Below are positions 9,990 through 20,500 of a stretch of DNA of 64,000 nt, in pieces. The notes under the pieces were generated by a model. That model was not told where the DNA came from, did no database searches, and saw only the letters and a program-made list of their open reading frames with translations. Source of the stretch: Planctomycetota bacterium (GTDB lineage: Bacteria > Planctomycetota > UBA8108 > SXIK01); NCBI GenBank assembly GCA_965223845.1, contig CBDCXR010000004.1:6080001-6144000 (forward strand), in the 5' to 3' direction. How positions within the stretch are numbered: the first letter of the stretch is position 1; each line of letters begins with the position of its first letter. Both the position numbers and the translations under genes were made by a program.

Positions 9990-10157
9990 TCTTCCAAATT
10001 CGCGCTCCTCGCTCGTTCTGCAGGGGCGACCTGCGTCCGAAGCTCGGCGGTAGTTCGGACTTGGAGAGCGTCGTCTACGATGTGGATAGCGCTTCACTCT
10101 GGGGCGCGGTACCGCGGTCTCGAGTCGTCGCCGTTTCGACGCCCCTTGTTCAGCGTC

Positions 10158-11618
10158 TCAAGCGTCGACTTCGAGCGTCCCGACGACGGTGCCGACTCCC
10201 GCCGGGATTCGCAGCGATCCTCGCTGCACCGTATTCCCTGAGATCGAGTTGTCGCGGCTGAACCGCTCTTCGATCTCGATCGAAGCGAGCATCGACTTCT
10301 CCCGCCGACGATCGATGACCGTACAGTTCGAGATGCGCCCTCGCTTCACGCGATCGAAGACGATGCCCCGGTGACGGGGATCGAGAATCTGGCACTCGCT
10401 GAGCGTCACGTCGCGTGAATCGACGACCTCGATCGTGCCTCCGCCTTCCTTCGTTCCGCGAAACGAGTTCTCGATGATCATCCCGGTGATCGAGACGCCA
10501 TCCGAGCCGCGGACGAGGACGCCGTCGGTGAGGCGCTTTCCGCGGTGGTCCGGGTTCCAGTCGATCGTGTTTCCCGCGAGCACGATGTTCGCGCTGCGCT
10601 CGACGAGAGCCGTCAATCGCTCCGCGCTGTAGAGCGAGTTGCCACTGACGGTGACGCCGCGACAGCGATCGAGGTGGATGTTGTCGGTCTGGCTTCCGAT
10701 CAAGTTTCCGGTGATCGCCAGAAGACCGGACGTCCGCAGCTCCGGACCGCCGACGACGCGAACGTTCGCTCCACCCGGGCTCGGCCGCGCTTGGATGGTA
10801 TTCCCGACGATCGTCCCTTCGCGGAACGTGCTTCCCTCGAGCGTGAGATCGAACCACACATCGGCAGACCCGCCCGTTTTCGGGTCGTGGTTGTATTCGA
10901 TGTCGTTCCCGCAGATCTGGATGTTGCGCAGCTCACCGCCGCGAAAGAGGAGGCCCGATCGCGGGTTGTAGCTGATGTGGTTGTTGTTGATCACGCACTG
11001 GTGGAGATTGACTTGGTCGAAGAGGAGGCCGATTTCCCGGTTGTGATAGATGTGACACTCGCTGACGACGAGGTTTCGGTTGCGTCGGGTGAGATGAACG
11101 CCGATGCGGCAGCGACGGATGAGAAGGTGCGAGAGGGAGGCCTGCATCGTGCCTTCGAGCCGAAGCCCAATCGCTTTCTCGTGCGCGCCGCGGATTTCCA
11201 CGCCGCTCACGAGAGGGAGGCGCTCGCGATTCCACACTCCGGGGAGAACCGAGCCCGGGTCGGCCGTGCCGGCGTGCGTCCCGCGAAAGTGGAAGGCGGG
11301 ACCGTCGAGATCGGCGAGGACGACGGCGCTCCCGTCGCCCTCGAGCGCACGGTGGCCCGTGGACGATAGATCGACCTCGATCGGGCGGGTGACTCGATAC
11401 GTTCCGGCCGAAAACCCAATCGCGCCCGGTGATTCCTTCAGTGCCCGCACGATGGCGTCGGTGTCGTCCGTCTTCCCATCCCCGACTGCACCGAACGCGC
11501 GGACGTCGTTCGACGCCCGCGGCGGCGTCTTCGCGTCCGTCGGATCCGCGTGCAGCGTACGCGTCGCGCCGAGTGCGCCTCCGAGTGCGGCTACGCGCAC
11601 GAAATGCCGTCGATCCAT
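10158..11618 (-). CDS. Tat-exported right-handed parallel beta-helix (pectin lyase-like) protein
   Basis: MDRRHFVR Tat signal, FGAVGDGKTDDTDAI pectate_lyase_3-type motif, repeated I-x-G-N-x-I beta-helix rungs. Confidence 0.88.
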   Translation of the reverse strand: MDRRHFVRVAALGGALGATRTLHADPTDAKTPPRASNDVRAFGAVGDGKTDDTDAIVRALKESPGAIGFSAGTYRVTRPIEVDLSSTGHRALEGDGSAVVLADLDGPAFHFRGTHAGTADPGSVLPGVWNRERLPLVSGVEIRGAHEKAIGLRLEGTMQASLSHLLIRRCRIGVHLTRRNRNLVVSECHIYHNREIGLLFDQVNLHQCVINNNHISYNPRSGLLFRGGELRNIQICGNDIEYNHDPKTGGSADVWFDLTLEGSTFREGTIVGNTIQARPSPGGANVRVVGGPELRTSGLLAITGNLIGSQTDNIHLDRCRGVTVSGNSLYSAERLTALVERSANIVLAGNTIDWNPDHRGKRLTDGVLVRGSDGVSITGMIIENSFRGTKEGGGTIEVVDSRDVTLSECQILDPRHRGIVFDRVKRGRISNCTVIDRRREKSMLASIEIEERFSRDNSISGNTVQRGSLRIPAGVGTVVGTLEVDA

Positions 11619-11888
11619 CGTTTCTCCCTCCTGATGTCCTTCGAGATCGGCCCGCCCGATCCTACCTCTTCCCTTCGAGCCGCCTCTACACGGATCGGTC
11701 GAAGGACGGCGCCGCGACGGCGGAGCATCCTCCGTCGACCTCGAATCACTGCGCTTCGCGATCAGAACGGGGCCGACCTCGACGCGGGAACTGCCGCGCG
11801 TGGCGACGAGCTTCTCCGACTCGACGGGCGACGCTCGTTCAAACTCGGCGCTGCCGAAGAACGCTGCGAACCGCTGCGCGGAGCGCGA

Positions 11889-13988
11889 CTAGCTCGGTCG
11901 CGACGCCGGTGCGGCGCGAGGAGGGCTCGAGGCGCCGGGAGGCTCGTTCCCGGACGGAGAGGCCTCCCGATCGCTCGATACGGGTGGTTCCGCCGCGGAT
12001 CGGGATTCGCCGGTTCTCGGCGCGGACGAATCGCTCGTCAAGTACGTGCACGCCGCGAGGCTCAGCTTGTAGAAATCGACGAATCGCCGTGCTTCGGCGG
12101 GAGTGATCTGCCCCTGCCGCTTTGCTGCTTCGACGTCCGCGCGAATGCGACGCACGAGCTCGACCCCCGAGTACTGCACGTAGGACAGGACCTGCTCGAC
12201 GGTGTCTCCGTCGACGACGGTGTCGATATTGACGTTGCCGAGTCCCGAACCATCGCGCTCGCGAAGCTGCACGTGAACGGAGTTCGTGTCGCCGAAGAGG
12301 TTGTGGAGATCGCCGAGGATCTCCTGGTACGCCCCGACGAGGAATACACCGAGGTAGTATTCGCCGCCGTGGAAGGGATGCAGCTCGAGCGAGCGCTTCA
12401 CATCCCGCCGGTGGATGAAGCGGTCCACCTTCCCGTCCGAATCGCAGGTGAGGTCGGCGAGGACACCGCGGCGATCGGGGCGCTCACCGAGCCGATGGAT
12501 CGGAAGAACCGGGAAGAGCTGGCCGACGGCCCAGCTGTCGGGAAGCGATTGGAAGACGGAGAAGTTGCAAAAGTACGTGTCGGAGAGCTGATCTTCGATC
12601 CCTTCGAGCTCTTCCGGAGTCGTCGGCAGAGTGCGCGCAACGCGGAGAATCCGCTGGAGAGCGCGGTAGTAGAGCCGCTCCGAGAGCGCGCGCTGCCCGA
12701 GAGAGAGATAGCCGAGATTGAAGGTGTTGATGGCTTCTTCGTAGTACTGAACCGCGTCGTGGTAGCACTCGATGACGTTGCGACTCGACACCTCGTTCGG
12801 GATGGCGTGGAGCTCTTGAACGGGCTGCGGTGCCGTCGCGACGGAGCTCTCATCGACGGCGTCCGTCTCCTCCGGCGGGTCACCGCCTTCCCGCGCGGCG
12901 GGGAGGCAGCGCGACACGCTGAGCACGTTCGTCACGAGGACGCTGTGATAGGCGACGAGCGCGCGGCCGGATTCGGAAATGATGAGAGGGTGCCGGACAC
13001 CCGTCTCGTCGCAGACCGCCCCGACCCGCGCGACGACGTCGCCGGCGTACTCCGTGAGTGAATAGTTGACCGACGACTCGAAGTTCGTCTGGGATCCGTC
13101 GTAGTCGATTCCGAGTCCACCCCCGACATCGATCATCTCGAGCCCCGCGCCGGCTCGCGTGAGCTCGACGTAGATGCGCGCGGCTTCCGTGATCGCGTTC
13201 TTCAGGTTGTAGATATTCGTAATCTGACTTCCGATGTGGAAGTGAAGGAGACGCAGGCAGTCGGCCATCCCGTTCTCGCCGAGGTGGCGGACGAGACGGA
13301 GGAGCTGCGTCGCGGTGAGCCCGAACTTCGACCGATCGCCCGTCGAGCTCTTCCACCGCCCCGCGCCGCGCGCCGACAGCTTCGTCCGCACGCCGAAGAC
13401 CGGGCGAACGTCGGAGCGGCGGGCCTTGCGGAGGATCATCTCCGCTTCGGCGTAGCTCTCGACGACCGGAATGACGCGTTTTCCAATCTTCTGTGCGAGG
13501 ACGGCCATCTCGATGTACGACTCGTCCTTAAAGCCGTTACAGATGATGGGAACGTCGGCCCGCGGGGCGAGAGCGAGCACCGCGAGGAGCTCGGGCTTCG
13601 AGCCGCACTCGAGTCCGAACTCGTATTCGCGGCTGCAGTCGAGGAGATCCTCCACGACTTGGCGCTGCTGATTCACTTTGATGGGATAGACGCCGCAGTA
13701 GCCGCCGCGGTAGTCGTTCTCGCGAATGGCGCGCTGAAACGCGGCGTTGATCTCGGCGACGCGGTGACGAAGAACGTCGGTGAAGCGGATGAGGAGCGGC
13801 AGCTCGACGCCTTCGGTGCGGAGCTCGTCGACGAGCTCCTTGAGATCGATCGAGGCGCGGTCGTCCTTGTAGGGATGCACCGCGACGTGTCCCGCTGAGT
13901 TGACGGAGAAGTAGCCTTTTCCCCAGGCGGGGATGTCGTAAAGCTCGCTGGCGTCCTGCGCGGTCCAGCGCGGGGGAAATCGCACCAT
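11889..13988 (-). CDS. speA: Biosynthetic arginine decarboxylase
   Basis: LYDIPAWGKGYF, YPIKVNQ (PLP Lys), GLECGSKPEL, HFHIGSQI, DVGGGLGIDYDG, SESGRA, NFSVFQSLPDSW, TCDSDG, GAYQEILGDLHNLFG. Start placed at ATG 13988. Confidence 0.96.
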   Translation of the reverse strand: MVRFPPRWTAQDASELYDIPAWGKGYFSVNSAGHVAVHPYKDDRASIDLKELVDELRTEGVELPLLIRFTDVLRHRVAEINAAFQRAIRENDYRGGYCGVYPIKVNQQRQVVEDLLDCSREYEFGLECGSKPELLAVLALAPRADVPIICNGFKDESYIEMAVLAQKIGKRVIPVVESYAEAEMILRKARRSDVRPVFGVRTKLSARGAGRWKSSTGDRSKFGLTATQLLRLVRHLGENGMADCLRLLHFHIGSQITNIYNLKNAITEAARIYVELTRAGAGLEMIDVGGGLGIDYDGSQTNFESSVNYSLTEYAGDVVARVGAVCDETGVRHPLIISESGRALVAYHSVLVTNVLSVSRCLPAAREGGDPPEETDAVDESSVATAPQPVQELHAIPNEVSSRNVIECYHDAVQYYEEAINTFNLGYLSLGQRALSERLYYRALQRILRVARTLPTTPEELEGIEDQLSDTYFCNFSVFQSLPDSWAVGQLFPVLPIHRLGERPDRRGVLADLTCDSDGKVDRFIHRRDVKRSLELHPFHGGEYYLGVFLVGAYQEILGDLHNLFGDTNSVHVQLRERDGSGLGNVNIDTVVDGDTVEQVLSYVQYSGVELVRRIRADVEAAKRQGQITPAEARRFVDFYKLSLAACTYLTSDSSAPRTGESRSAAEPPVSSDREASPSGNEPPGASSPPRAAPASRPS

Positions 13989-14392
13989 CGTGGATGACTC
14001 GGGCGGAATTGGAGGAGGGATGCCGCACCGGCGGACGCGGCGCTCGCGTCGGGATCGGAGTCGAGCTCCGTCTCGGTTCGAGAGCCTGCCCGCAGCCACG
14101 ATCGGGTCGGTCGGGGCTCGGCCACGGATTAGCGAACTCAAAGCCCACTGCGCACGCAACAGAAAACGCCGCTCGGCAGCCCGCATTTGGCGAGCGTTCG
14201 GGACCGCTCCGGCCGCGCCGGACGGGTCCGATAATCCTCGGTCGCTGAAGGGCCGGAACGCCGCGGGCGTCCCACGTGCGTAGGACGACAGCTCCGGGCG
14301 GCCGTTGTATTCTTCAGTCGAGCCGATCCTTCACCGGCGTCTCTGCCGGGGAATCATCCCGCCGTTCGACCATCTCTGACCCATTCCGCGCC

Positions 14393-15106
14393 ATGGCCGA
14401 AGCGAAAGAGACGCAGCGAGGCGTCTCCACCACTCAGCTCACCGTGCAGTTCTTCCTTATCTGCATGGTCTTCGGCATCTGGTCGACCCCGCTCATCCAC
14501 CCGATAAAGATCATGGTGGTGCTCTTCCACGAGCTGAGTCACGGGCTGATGGCCTTAGCGACGGGGGGAACGATCCTCAGCATCGAGATCACGCAGCAAG
14601 AGGGCGGCTTGTGTGAGACCGAAGGTGGACACGCCGCGTTGATCGTGAGTGCGGGGTATCTCGGGAGCATGTTCTTCGGGGGGCTGCTTCTCTACCTCTC
14701 GAAGTTTCGCGAGTACGTGGGCGTCGTCTACACGATGCTCACGATACTGCTCGCCGCCGCGATCTTTTCCGTGCTCAAGGACCCCTACACGCGCGATTTT
14801 GCCACCGGACTCGCGGGCGCCTTCGTCGTGCTCGGCCTTCTCGCGCCGTCGATGGTCGGAGCGTTTTTCCTCCAGCTACTCGGTACGGTGAGCTGTCTCT
14901 ATTCGCTCTTCGACATCTACGGCGACGTCCTGGCGCGTTCGGGGGCGTCCTCGACGCTGCAGAACGACGCGACGGTTTTTTCCGAGCTCACGGGCGTGTC
15001 GACGTCCCTCATCGGATTCCTGTGGCTCGCGGTGTCGTTCGTCTACTTCGTCGTCGTGCTGCGCTTCCGCGTGCGAGCGACGAGCGCGGAGGTCGAGGCG
15101 GAGTAG
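14393..15106 (+). CDS. M50 family (M50B-like) intramembrane metallopeptidase
   Basis: HELSH in a TM segment, SAGYLG, C-terminal NDA motif, multiple TM helices. Confidence 0.85.
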   Translation: MAEAKETQRGVSTTQLTVQFFLICMVFGIWSTPLIHPIKIMVVLFHELSHGLMALATGGTILSIEITQQEGGLCETEGGHAALIVSAGYLGSMFFGGLLLYLSKFREYVGVVYTMLTILLAAAIFSVLKDPYTRDFATGLAGAFVVLGLLAPSMVGAFFLQLLGTVSCLYSLFDIYGDVLARSGASSTLQNDATVFSELTGVSTSLIGFLWLAVSFVYFVVVLRFRVRATSAEVEAE

Positions 15107-15131
15107 TCGCGCTTCGGCGCGTCGCCGCGGC

Positions 15132-16124
15132 TCAGAATCTCCGGGTGCGCGCCGGCCGGCCGTCGAGATCGCCGGCGAGTCCGATCACCGCCCACGCCGT
15201 TCCCCAGTACTTCGACGTGGGAAGAACGCGCCGCTTCTTTCGCTCGAGAGTCGACGGCACGGACCATGTTCCGTCGCTCTCTTGGCTCCGCAATAAGTAC
15301 TCTACGGCTCGCGCGATTCCGCGCGTTCGTCGGACGTCGGTGGGTCCGCTCGATGCCGCGAGGCGAAGCACATAGAGGCTTTCTCCCGTTCCGTACGCGT
15401 CGCTCGGATCGCCCTTGAGGTAACCCCAGCCGCCGTCGTCGTTTTGACGCGCGAGAAGCTCCGCGACGAGCTCCCCCGCACGTTCCGACCGCTGCTCGAG
15501 CGCGAGTAAAATGCGGAGCACCATCGCGTCCGTGCTTTGCCGGGCGTCGTCGCCCCCCGCATTCGCTTTCAGCCAAGCGAGTCCTTTCTCCCGAGCGCTC
15601 GCTCGCGCCGGTGGCGAATTCGTCGCGCCGCCGAGCGCGAGAACGGAAAGCGTCGTGCTCACCGCTCGAGCTTCCGTATCGCTCGTCCGCTGGCCGGGAA
15701 GTTGTCCCTGCGGCTTCCACGAACCGTCCGGCGTTTGTGTCGAAACGATGATCTCGCGGAACCGGTTTTTCGTGGCGTCGTCGCGGACGTTGTCGGAGAG
15801 GATGAGCCACGCGAGCCCTTCGGTGTTCCGTTCGCCGACGAGAATGTCCTCGTTCTCGCGCTTCTCGAGGAGCTTCGCGCTCGACCACGTGCGCCAAGCG
15901 TCGAGCTGGTCTGTGTCAACGTCGAGCCCGCTCGATCGCGCCGCGGCGAAGCTCCACAGCATGAACGGAATCTGGTGGCAGGAGTTGCACTCCCGCTTCT
16001 CCATCCACTCGAGACCGTCCGACTCGAGGAAGGGAAGGCTCCGCTCGATCGCGCGGCGGACGTCGGCCGGCGCGTCCGCGGCGAATAGAACGACTGCAGT
16101 TGCCATCAGAATCAGGCGAGACAT
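15132..16124 (-). CDS. Secreted prenyltransferase/squalene-oxidase repeat protein
   Basis: Signal peptide; QW-like repeats QTPDGSW, QNDDGGW, QESDGTW; CNSCH motif. Confidence 0.8.
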   Translation of the reverse strand: MSRLILMATAVVLFAADAPADVRRAIERSLPFLESDGLEWMEKRECNSCHQIPFMLWSFAAARSSGLDVDTDQLDAWRTWSSAKLLEKRENEDILVGERNTEGLAWLILSDNVRDDATKNRFREIIVSTQTPDGSWKPQGQLPGQRTSDTEARAVSTTLSVLALGGATNSPPARASAREKGLAWLKANAGGDDARQSTDAMVLRILLALEQRSERAGELVAELLARQNDDGGWGYLKGDPSDAYGTGESLYVLRLAASSGPTDVRRTRGIARAVEYLLRSQESDGTWSVPSTLERKKRRVLPTSKYWGTAWAVIGLAGDLDGRPARTRRF

Positions 16125-16396
16125 GAGGTCCTCCCGCTGGCGCGCAACGGCGATTGGAATTTCCGTCCACCATCATTAGACACGTCGGTTCGGGCGTTGC
16201 GCAACGAAACGTCGATCTCGACCGGCGTTTCTTCGCCGCGGACGGCGGTCCGGAGGGGAGTGGCGACGAGCGACGTCGACGCACTCGCAGCGCTCGGAGT
16301 CTGTCGAGGCGGGATCGACCGGACGATTCCTCGCCGCGAACTCTCGACGAATCCTACGGATTCGCCGGCGACCGGTTCCGGGAGAGCACCGCCACC

Positions 16397-16429
16397 AAAA
16401 AGAAAGCGGCGCCGCCGAAGCGACGCCGC
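16397..16429 (-). terminator. Rho-independent terminator
   Basis: Minus strand GCGGCGTCGC-TTCG-GCGGCGCCGC-TTTCTTTTT: 10-bp stem, cUUCGg loop, U tract. Confidence 0.8.
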
Positions 16430-16628
16430 AATCCACAACCACTTACGTTGAGGGGTGCTGAATCTCTGCTGTCGACGGAATCGACCGCGAAGACGGCCTT
16501 AGCGTCCCCTGCCGAAACGGCCCCGTTCCACGACCACCCGTCCCACAACGGCTCCAGTTCGTAAGCGGCGTTGGGATCTCATTGTCGGATCACACCGGCG
16601 TCTGGTCTCTCGCGCGGTGCATCTAAGG

Positions 16629-16654
16629 AATCGCGGCTCACGAAGAAATCCGCC
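16629..16654 (-). promoter_or_regulatory. Candidate ECF-sigma promoter GGCGGA-N15-CGATT
   Basis: Mirrors the motif in front of the ECF gene (both read G[A/G]CGGATTT...GCGA) and points at the 16397-16429 terminator. Confidence 0.45.
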
Positions 16655-16802
16655 GCACTTTTTCCGGGATTCTTTTCGACCCGAGATCGCGTCTCGATGC
16701 GCGAGGCCTTGTTGCTCTGTTTAGGGTAATTCGTTCCCATCCCGCCGCGAAAATGCGTAAGATGTCTCGGGGTCCACTGAGATGTCGGGGCGAGATTCTT
16801 CC

Positions 16803-16828
16803 GACGGATTTCGACGGCGGGCGCGAAG
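16803..16828 (+). promoter_or_regulatory. Candidate autoregulatory ECF promoter GACGGA-N15-CGAAG
   Basis: Ends 5 nt before the GTG of the ECF sigma gene (leaderless geometry); the motif recurs at three other intergenic sites. Confidence 0.45.
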
Positions 16829-16833
16829 TAGTT

Positions 16834-17478
16834 GTGAGTGATCAAGATTGTCGAGACGACTCGGGATCGGATCCCGAATTCGACTTGGTCCGGCAGGCGA
16901 AAGCTGAGGACAAGGAGAGTCTCGGTGATCTTCTCGAGAGACATCGCTACCGAGTGACGTCGCTCGTCTATCTGCGTCGAAGCGATGCGCTGGCGGCAAA
17001 GGTGGAGCTCGACGATTGCGTTCAGGAGGTCTTCCTGCGGGCCATTCGAAGCCTCGATCGATTCGAATGGCGCGGCACGGGATCGTTCTTCCGGTGGCTG
17101 GGCGGCATCGCCGATCACGTGATCAAAGATCTGGCTCGATACCATTTCGGCACCGGACGAGCGAACGAAGTTCGGTTGGAGATCATGCAGCAAAACGGCG
17201 CGGACATTCCCGCCGGAGGGTTGACTGCGAGCGGAGCGGTACGCCGTGACGAGCGTTTCGAGCGCTTGCGCGTTCAGCTTCACGCTCTTCCCGAGGCGTA
17301 TCGGGAAGTGATTCTCCTCGCCCGAATTCGTGGACTTCCGATGCGCGAGGTCGCGATGGAAATGGAACGGTCGGAAGACGCGGTGTCGAGCCTTCTCCGT
17401 CGAGCGCTCGAGAGGCTCGGCGACGGCGGGTGGGGAACCTCGGGCAGCAATCGCCTGCCGCCGCGATCTCTCGACTAG
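16834..17478 (+). CDS. ECF RNA polymerase sigma-70 factor (kinase-associated type)
   Basis: Region 2 DDCVQEVFLRA...FFRWL; region 4 LPEAYREVILLARIRGLPMREVAMEMERSEDAVSSLLRRA. Start GTG 16834 is uncertain. Confidence 0.92.
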   Translation: MSDQDCRDDSGSDPEFDLVRQAKAEDKESLGDLLERHRYRVTSLVYLRRSDALAAKVELDDCVQEVFLRAIRSLDRFEWRGTGSFFRWLGGIADHVIKDLARYHFGTGRANEVRLEIMQQNGADIPAGGLTASGAVRRDERFERLRVQLHALPEAYREVILLARIRGLPMREVAMEMERSEDAVSSLLRRALERLGDGGWGTSGSNRLPPRSLD

Positions 17479-17584
17479 GCCACGAGCGAGCCACGTGCCG
17501 CGACCGTTGACCGATCCGGGGTAGGCCCTCAGCAAGATCGCGGCGCGATCCGGATTCGACCGGTCGCACACGAGGACGGAAGCA

Positions 17585-20500
17585 GTGCGGGACCACGAAC
17601 TACGAGGTTTGTCGGACGAGCACCGAGTCGACGACCCCGACGCCATCGAAGAGCTCGCGCGCTTCGTGGATCTCTGCGCTGCGGGAGCAGAGGAGGAGGT
17701 TCGCGAGGTTCTCGCCGACCGCAGGGCGCGGGGCGGCGATGGATCCGATCCGCTTCTCCTTTTCGACGAGCTCCGCTGGCTGGTCGAAGAGCGTCCCGTC
17801 CATCTACCCGATGTCGGCGGGTTCGAGGTGCGCCGTGAGATCGGAAGGGGGAGCTTCGGCGTCGTCTACGAAGCGGTCGAGGCCGCTCTCAACCGGCCCG
17901 TCGCGCTCAAGGTCCTCCATCCGGTGCTTGCGAACGATCGCCGCGCCGTCAGCGTCGTCCGCCGTGATGCCCGCGTCGCCGCTCGATTGAACCATCCGAA
18001 CATCGTCCGCGTGCACGGCGCGGGAATCGCCTCGGACGGGTCTCCGTACGTCAACATGGAGCTCCTCGAGGGAGCGACGGTGCGCGAGCTCATCGACGCG
18101 CGCATCGCCGATGTCGGCGAGAGGGAGCGCGCGGCGACGACACCCGAGGAGCGCACGAAGGAGCTGGAGCGACTTCGCGAGATCGCGGGCGCGTTCGCGG
18201 GCGCCGCGCGCGGTCTTCAGCACGCTCACGATCGGTCGGTGGTTCACCGAGACCTGAAGCCGTCCAATCTCGTTCGCGGAGCCGACGGTGAGCTGCGCAT
18301 CATCGACTTCGGGCTCGCGCGCGGGAACGAGTTCTCGCGTCTCAGTGAAACGGGAGAGCGACCGGGCACTCCGCTCTATATGAGCCCCGAGCAAGTCCGC
18401 GGATTGCCGCGCGACGGACGAGGCGACGGCGTTGACGCTTCGGCGGACGCACTCCCCTCGAGTACGGACATCTACAGCCTCGGCGCAACGCTCTACGAAG
18501 TCTGCACGCTGACGCCTCCCGTCCGCAGCGTCGCTCGATCGGCCGTCGAGCACGAAATTCTCAACACCTATCCGCCGCCCGTTTCGGAGCTGAATCCGAA
18601 CGTTCCGACCGAGCTCGAGTCGATCGTACACAAGTGCCTCGAAAAGAGGGTCTCTCGACGATTCGCGACGGCCGAGGCACTCGCGCAAGAACTCGAGCGA
18701 TTCGCTCGCGCGCGTCCCGTGGAGACTCGGCCCGTGTCGGTCTCCACGCGTGCGGTCCGCACATTCTGGCGAGTTCGGCGCCGCGTCGCGATCGGCGGCG
18801 CGCTCGGTCTGGTGGTCCTCCTCTCTGCGGTCGTCTTGACGGAAAGGATCGGAGCCCAAAGAGAGAGAGCGCGTGAGGAGATCGCCCATCGCTGGGAATC
18901 CCTGATGGAGAACGCTCGGGAAGCGATTCTTTGGGAGGAGATTCGCCGCGCGACCGCCGACGCGACCGTGCGCAGTCGCTTCGTTTCGCTGGCGCCCGAC
19001 GAGGAGATCTCCCTCACCGATCCGGTCACGCTCGGCGGATCGCACCGTCTGCTCGATTCCTACGAATCCCGCTTGATTCTCGGATCCGGTAGGCGCGGTT
19101 CCCCGCTCGATCTCGCGGTCGCAACGTCTCGACTCGCGGAGGCCATCGAGCTTCGGCCGGAGGAACCGGATCCCTACGTGCTGCTCGCTCGCCGCCACCT
19201 TCTCGACGGAAACGTGACGGCCGCCTCGCGAGAGATCGAACGCGCGCTCGCTAACCGACCGGACTATGTACCCGCACGAGTTTTCCTCGCATCCCTGCCC
19301 CAGAATGCGACCGAGGTCGACGCCGTGGGCCGCTGGGAGACGAAATGGCGCGAAGCGCTCGATCACGAAGCGAACATGGATTGGCCGCGCGCTTCAAAGG
19401 CCTACGCCGACGCTGCCGCGCTCAGTCCCCGGACCGGAGCCGGCGAGGCCGAGATCGAGCTCAAGGTGAAGAGCTCGCTCGCTCGAATTCGAGCGAACGA
19501 CGAGAGCCTACTCTTCGAGGCGGTGCTCGATCTCTACGAGTGCGTCCTTCGCTGGCCCCATCGAATCGACTCGCAGCTTCTCTTCGCCAAGGCGTGTTTT
19601 CTCTTCGCGGGCGACGAGATCTCGGGCCGCGGTGACGCGGTCCTCGACGGACTCTTCGAGCGAGAGAGCGAGGAAGACCGGCCACCGGTGGTGAGGGCGA
19701 TCGTCGGCCTCTTGCTCGATCTCGGACTCGAAGAGCGGGCCGACACTTGGGCGTCCCGACTGCTTGAAAATGCCCATTCCTATGTCGACCTTGCCGAGGA
19801 AGCGATGCGTCCGCCCGTCGTGCGTGCGATCGTCGGGACGGCGGTCGATGTGGGGCGCGTCGACGAAGTCTCCGAGTGGGTGCCCCTACTCGGCGGAGAC
19901 ATCGACTCGGTTCTCCTCAAGGCGGAGGTGTTTTCCGCCACGGGAGACCACGCGTCGGCGCTGGACGTCTGTGAAGCCGCGCTGAGGTTGGACCCCGCGA
20001 GCGAGCGCGCGCGCTACCGCAGAGCCGAAGTCTTCGCTGCGCTCGGGCGTTTCGAGAACGCGAAACGAGACTTCCTCGACGTGATCGGGACGCGTGGCGA
20101 GTTCGCCGCGGCTGCGCACAACAACCTCGGCACTCTGCTCCATCGCGAAGGTCGATTGCAGCGAGCGGCGCGGCACTATCGCGAGGCCGGACCCCTTCCC
20201 GTCGCGCGGTTCAACCTCGGGTGGATCTTTCACCGCCAGCGCCGTTTCGACGCGGCGGAGAAGGAGTACCGTGCGGCGATCGAGCGTGGATTGGATCTCG
20301 CCGTCATTTACCACAATCTCGGACCGTGTCTCCTCAAACAGGAGAGAGAGGACGAGGCGATCGAGTTCATCGAGCAAGGGCTGGATCTCGAGGAAGACTA
20401 CACCTTGGGCTGGAAGAACCTCGCGACCGCGCACGTCTGGCAAGAGTGGCGAACGAACGACCCGCGAGCGAAGCGACAAGCACTGGATCGCGCCGTGAAG

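Noticed and set aside
9711-10261. ORFs 9711..10241 and 9782..10261
   Set aside because: No motifs, low-complexity composition, they start within or near a hairpin and overlap the 3' end of a real gene.
11550-13061. Long antisense ORFs here and at 8204..9745, 17804..19366, 19886..21946, 37010..38593 and 60304..62454
   Set aside because: Expected in high-GC DNA, opposite or out of frame with well-supported genes.
13989-14392. Riboswitch upstream of speA
   Set aside because: No recognisable aptamer consensus or expression platform.
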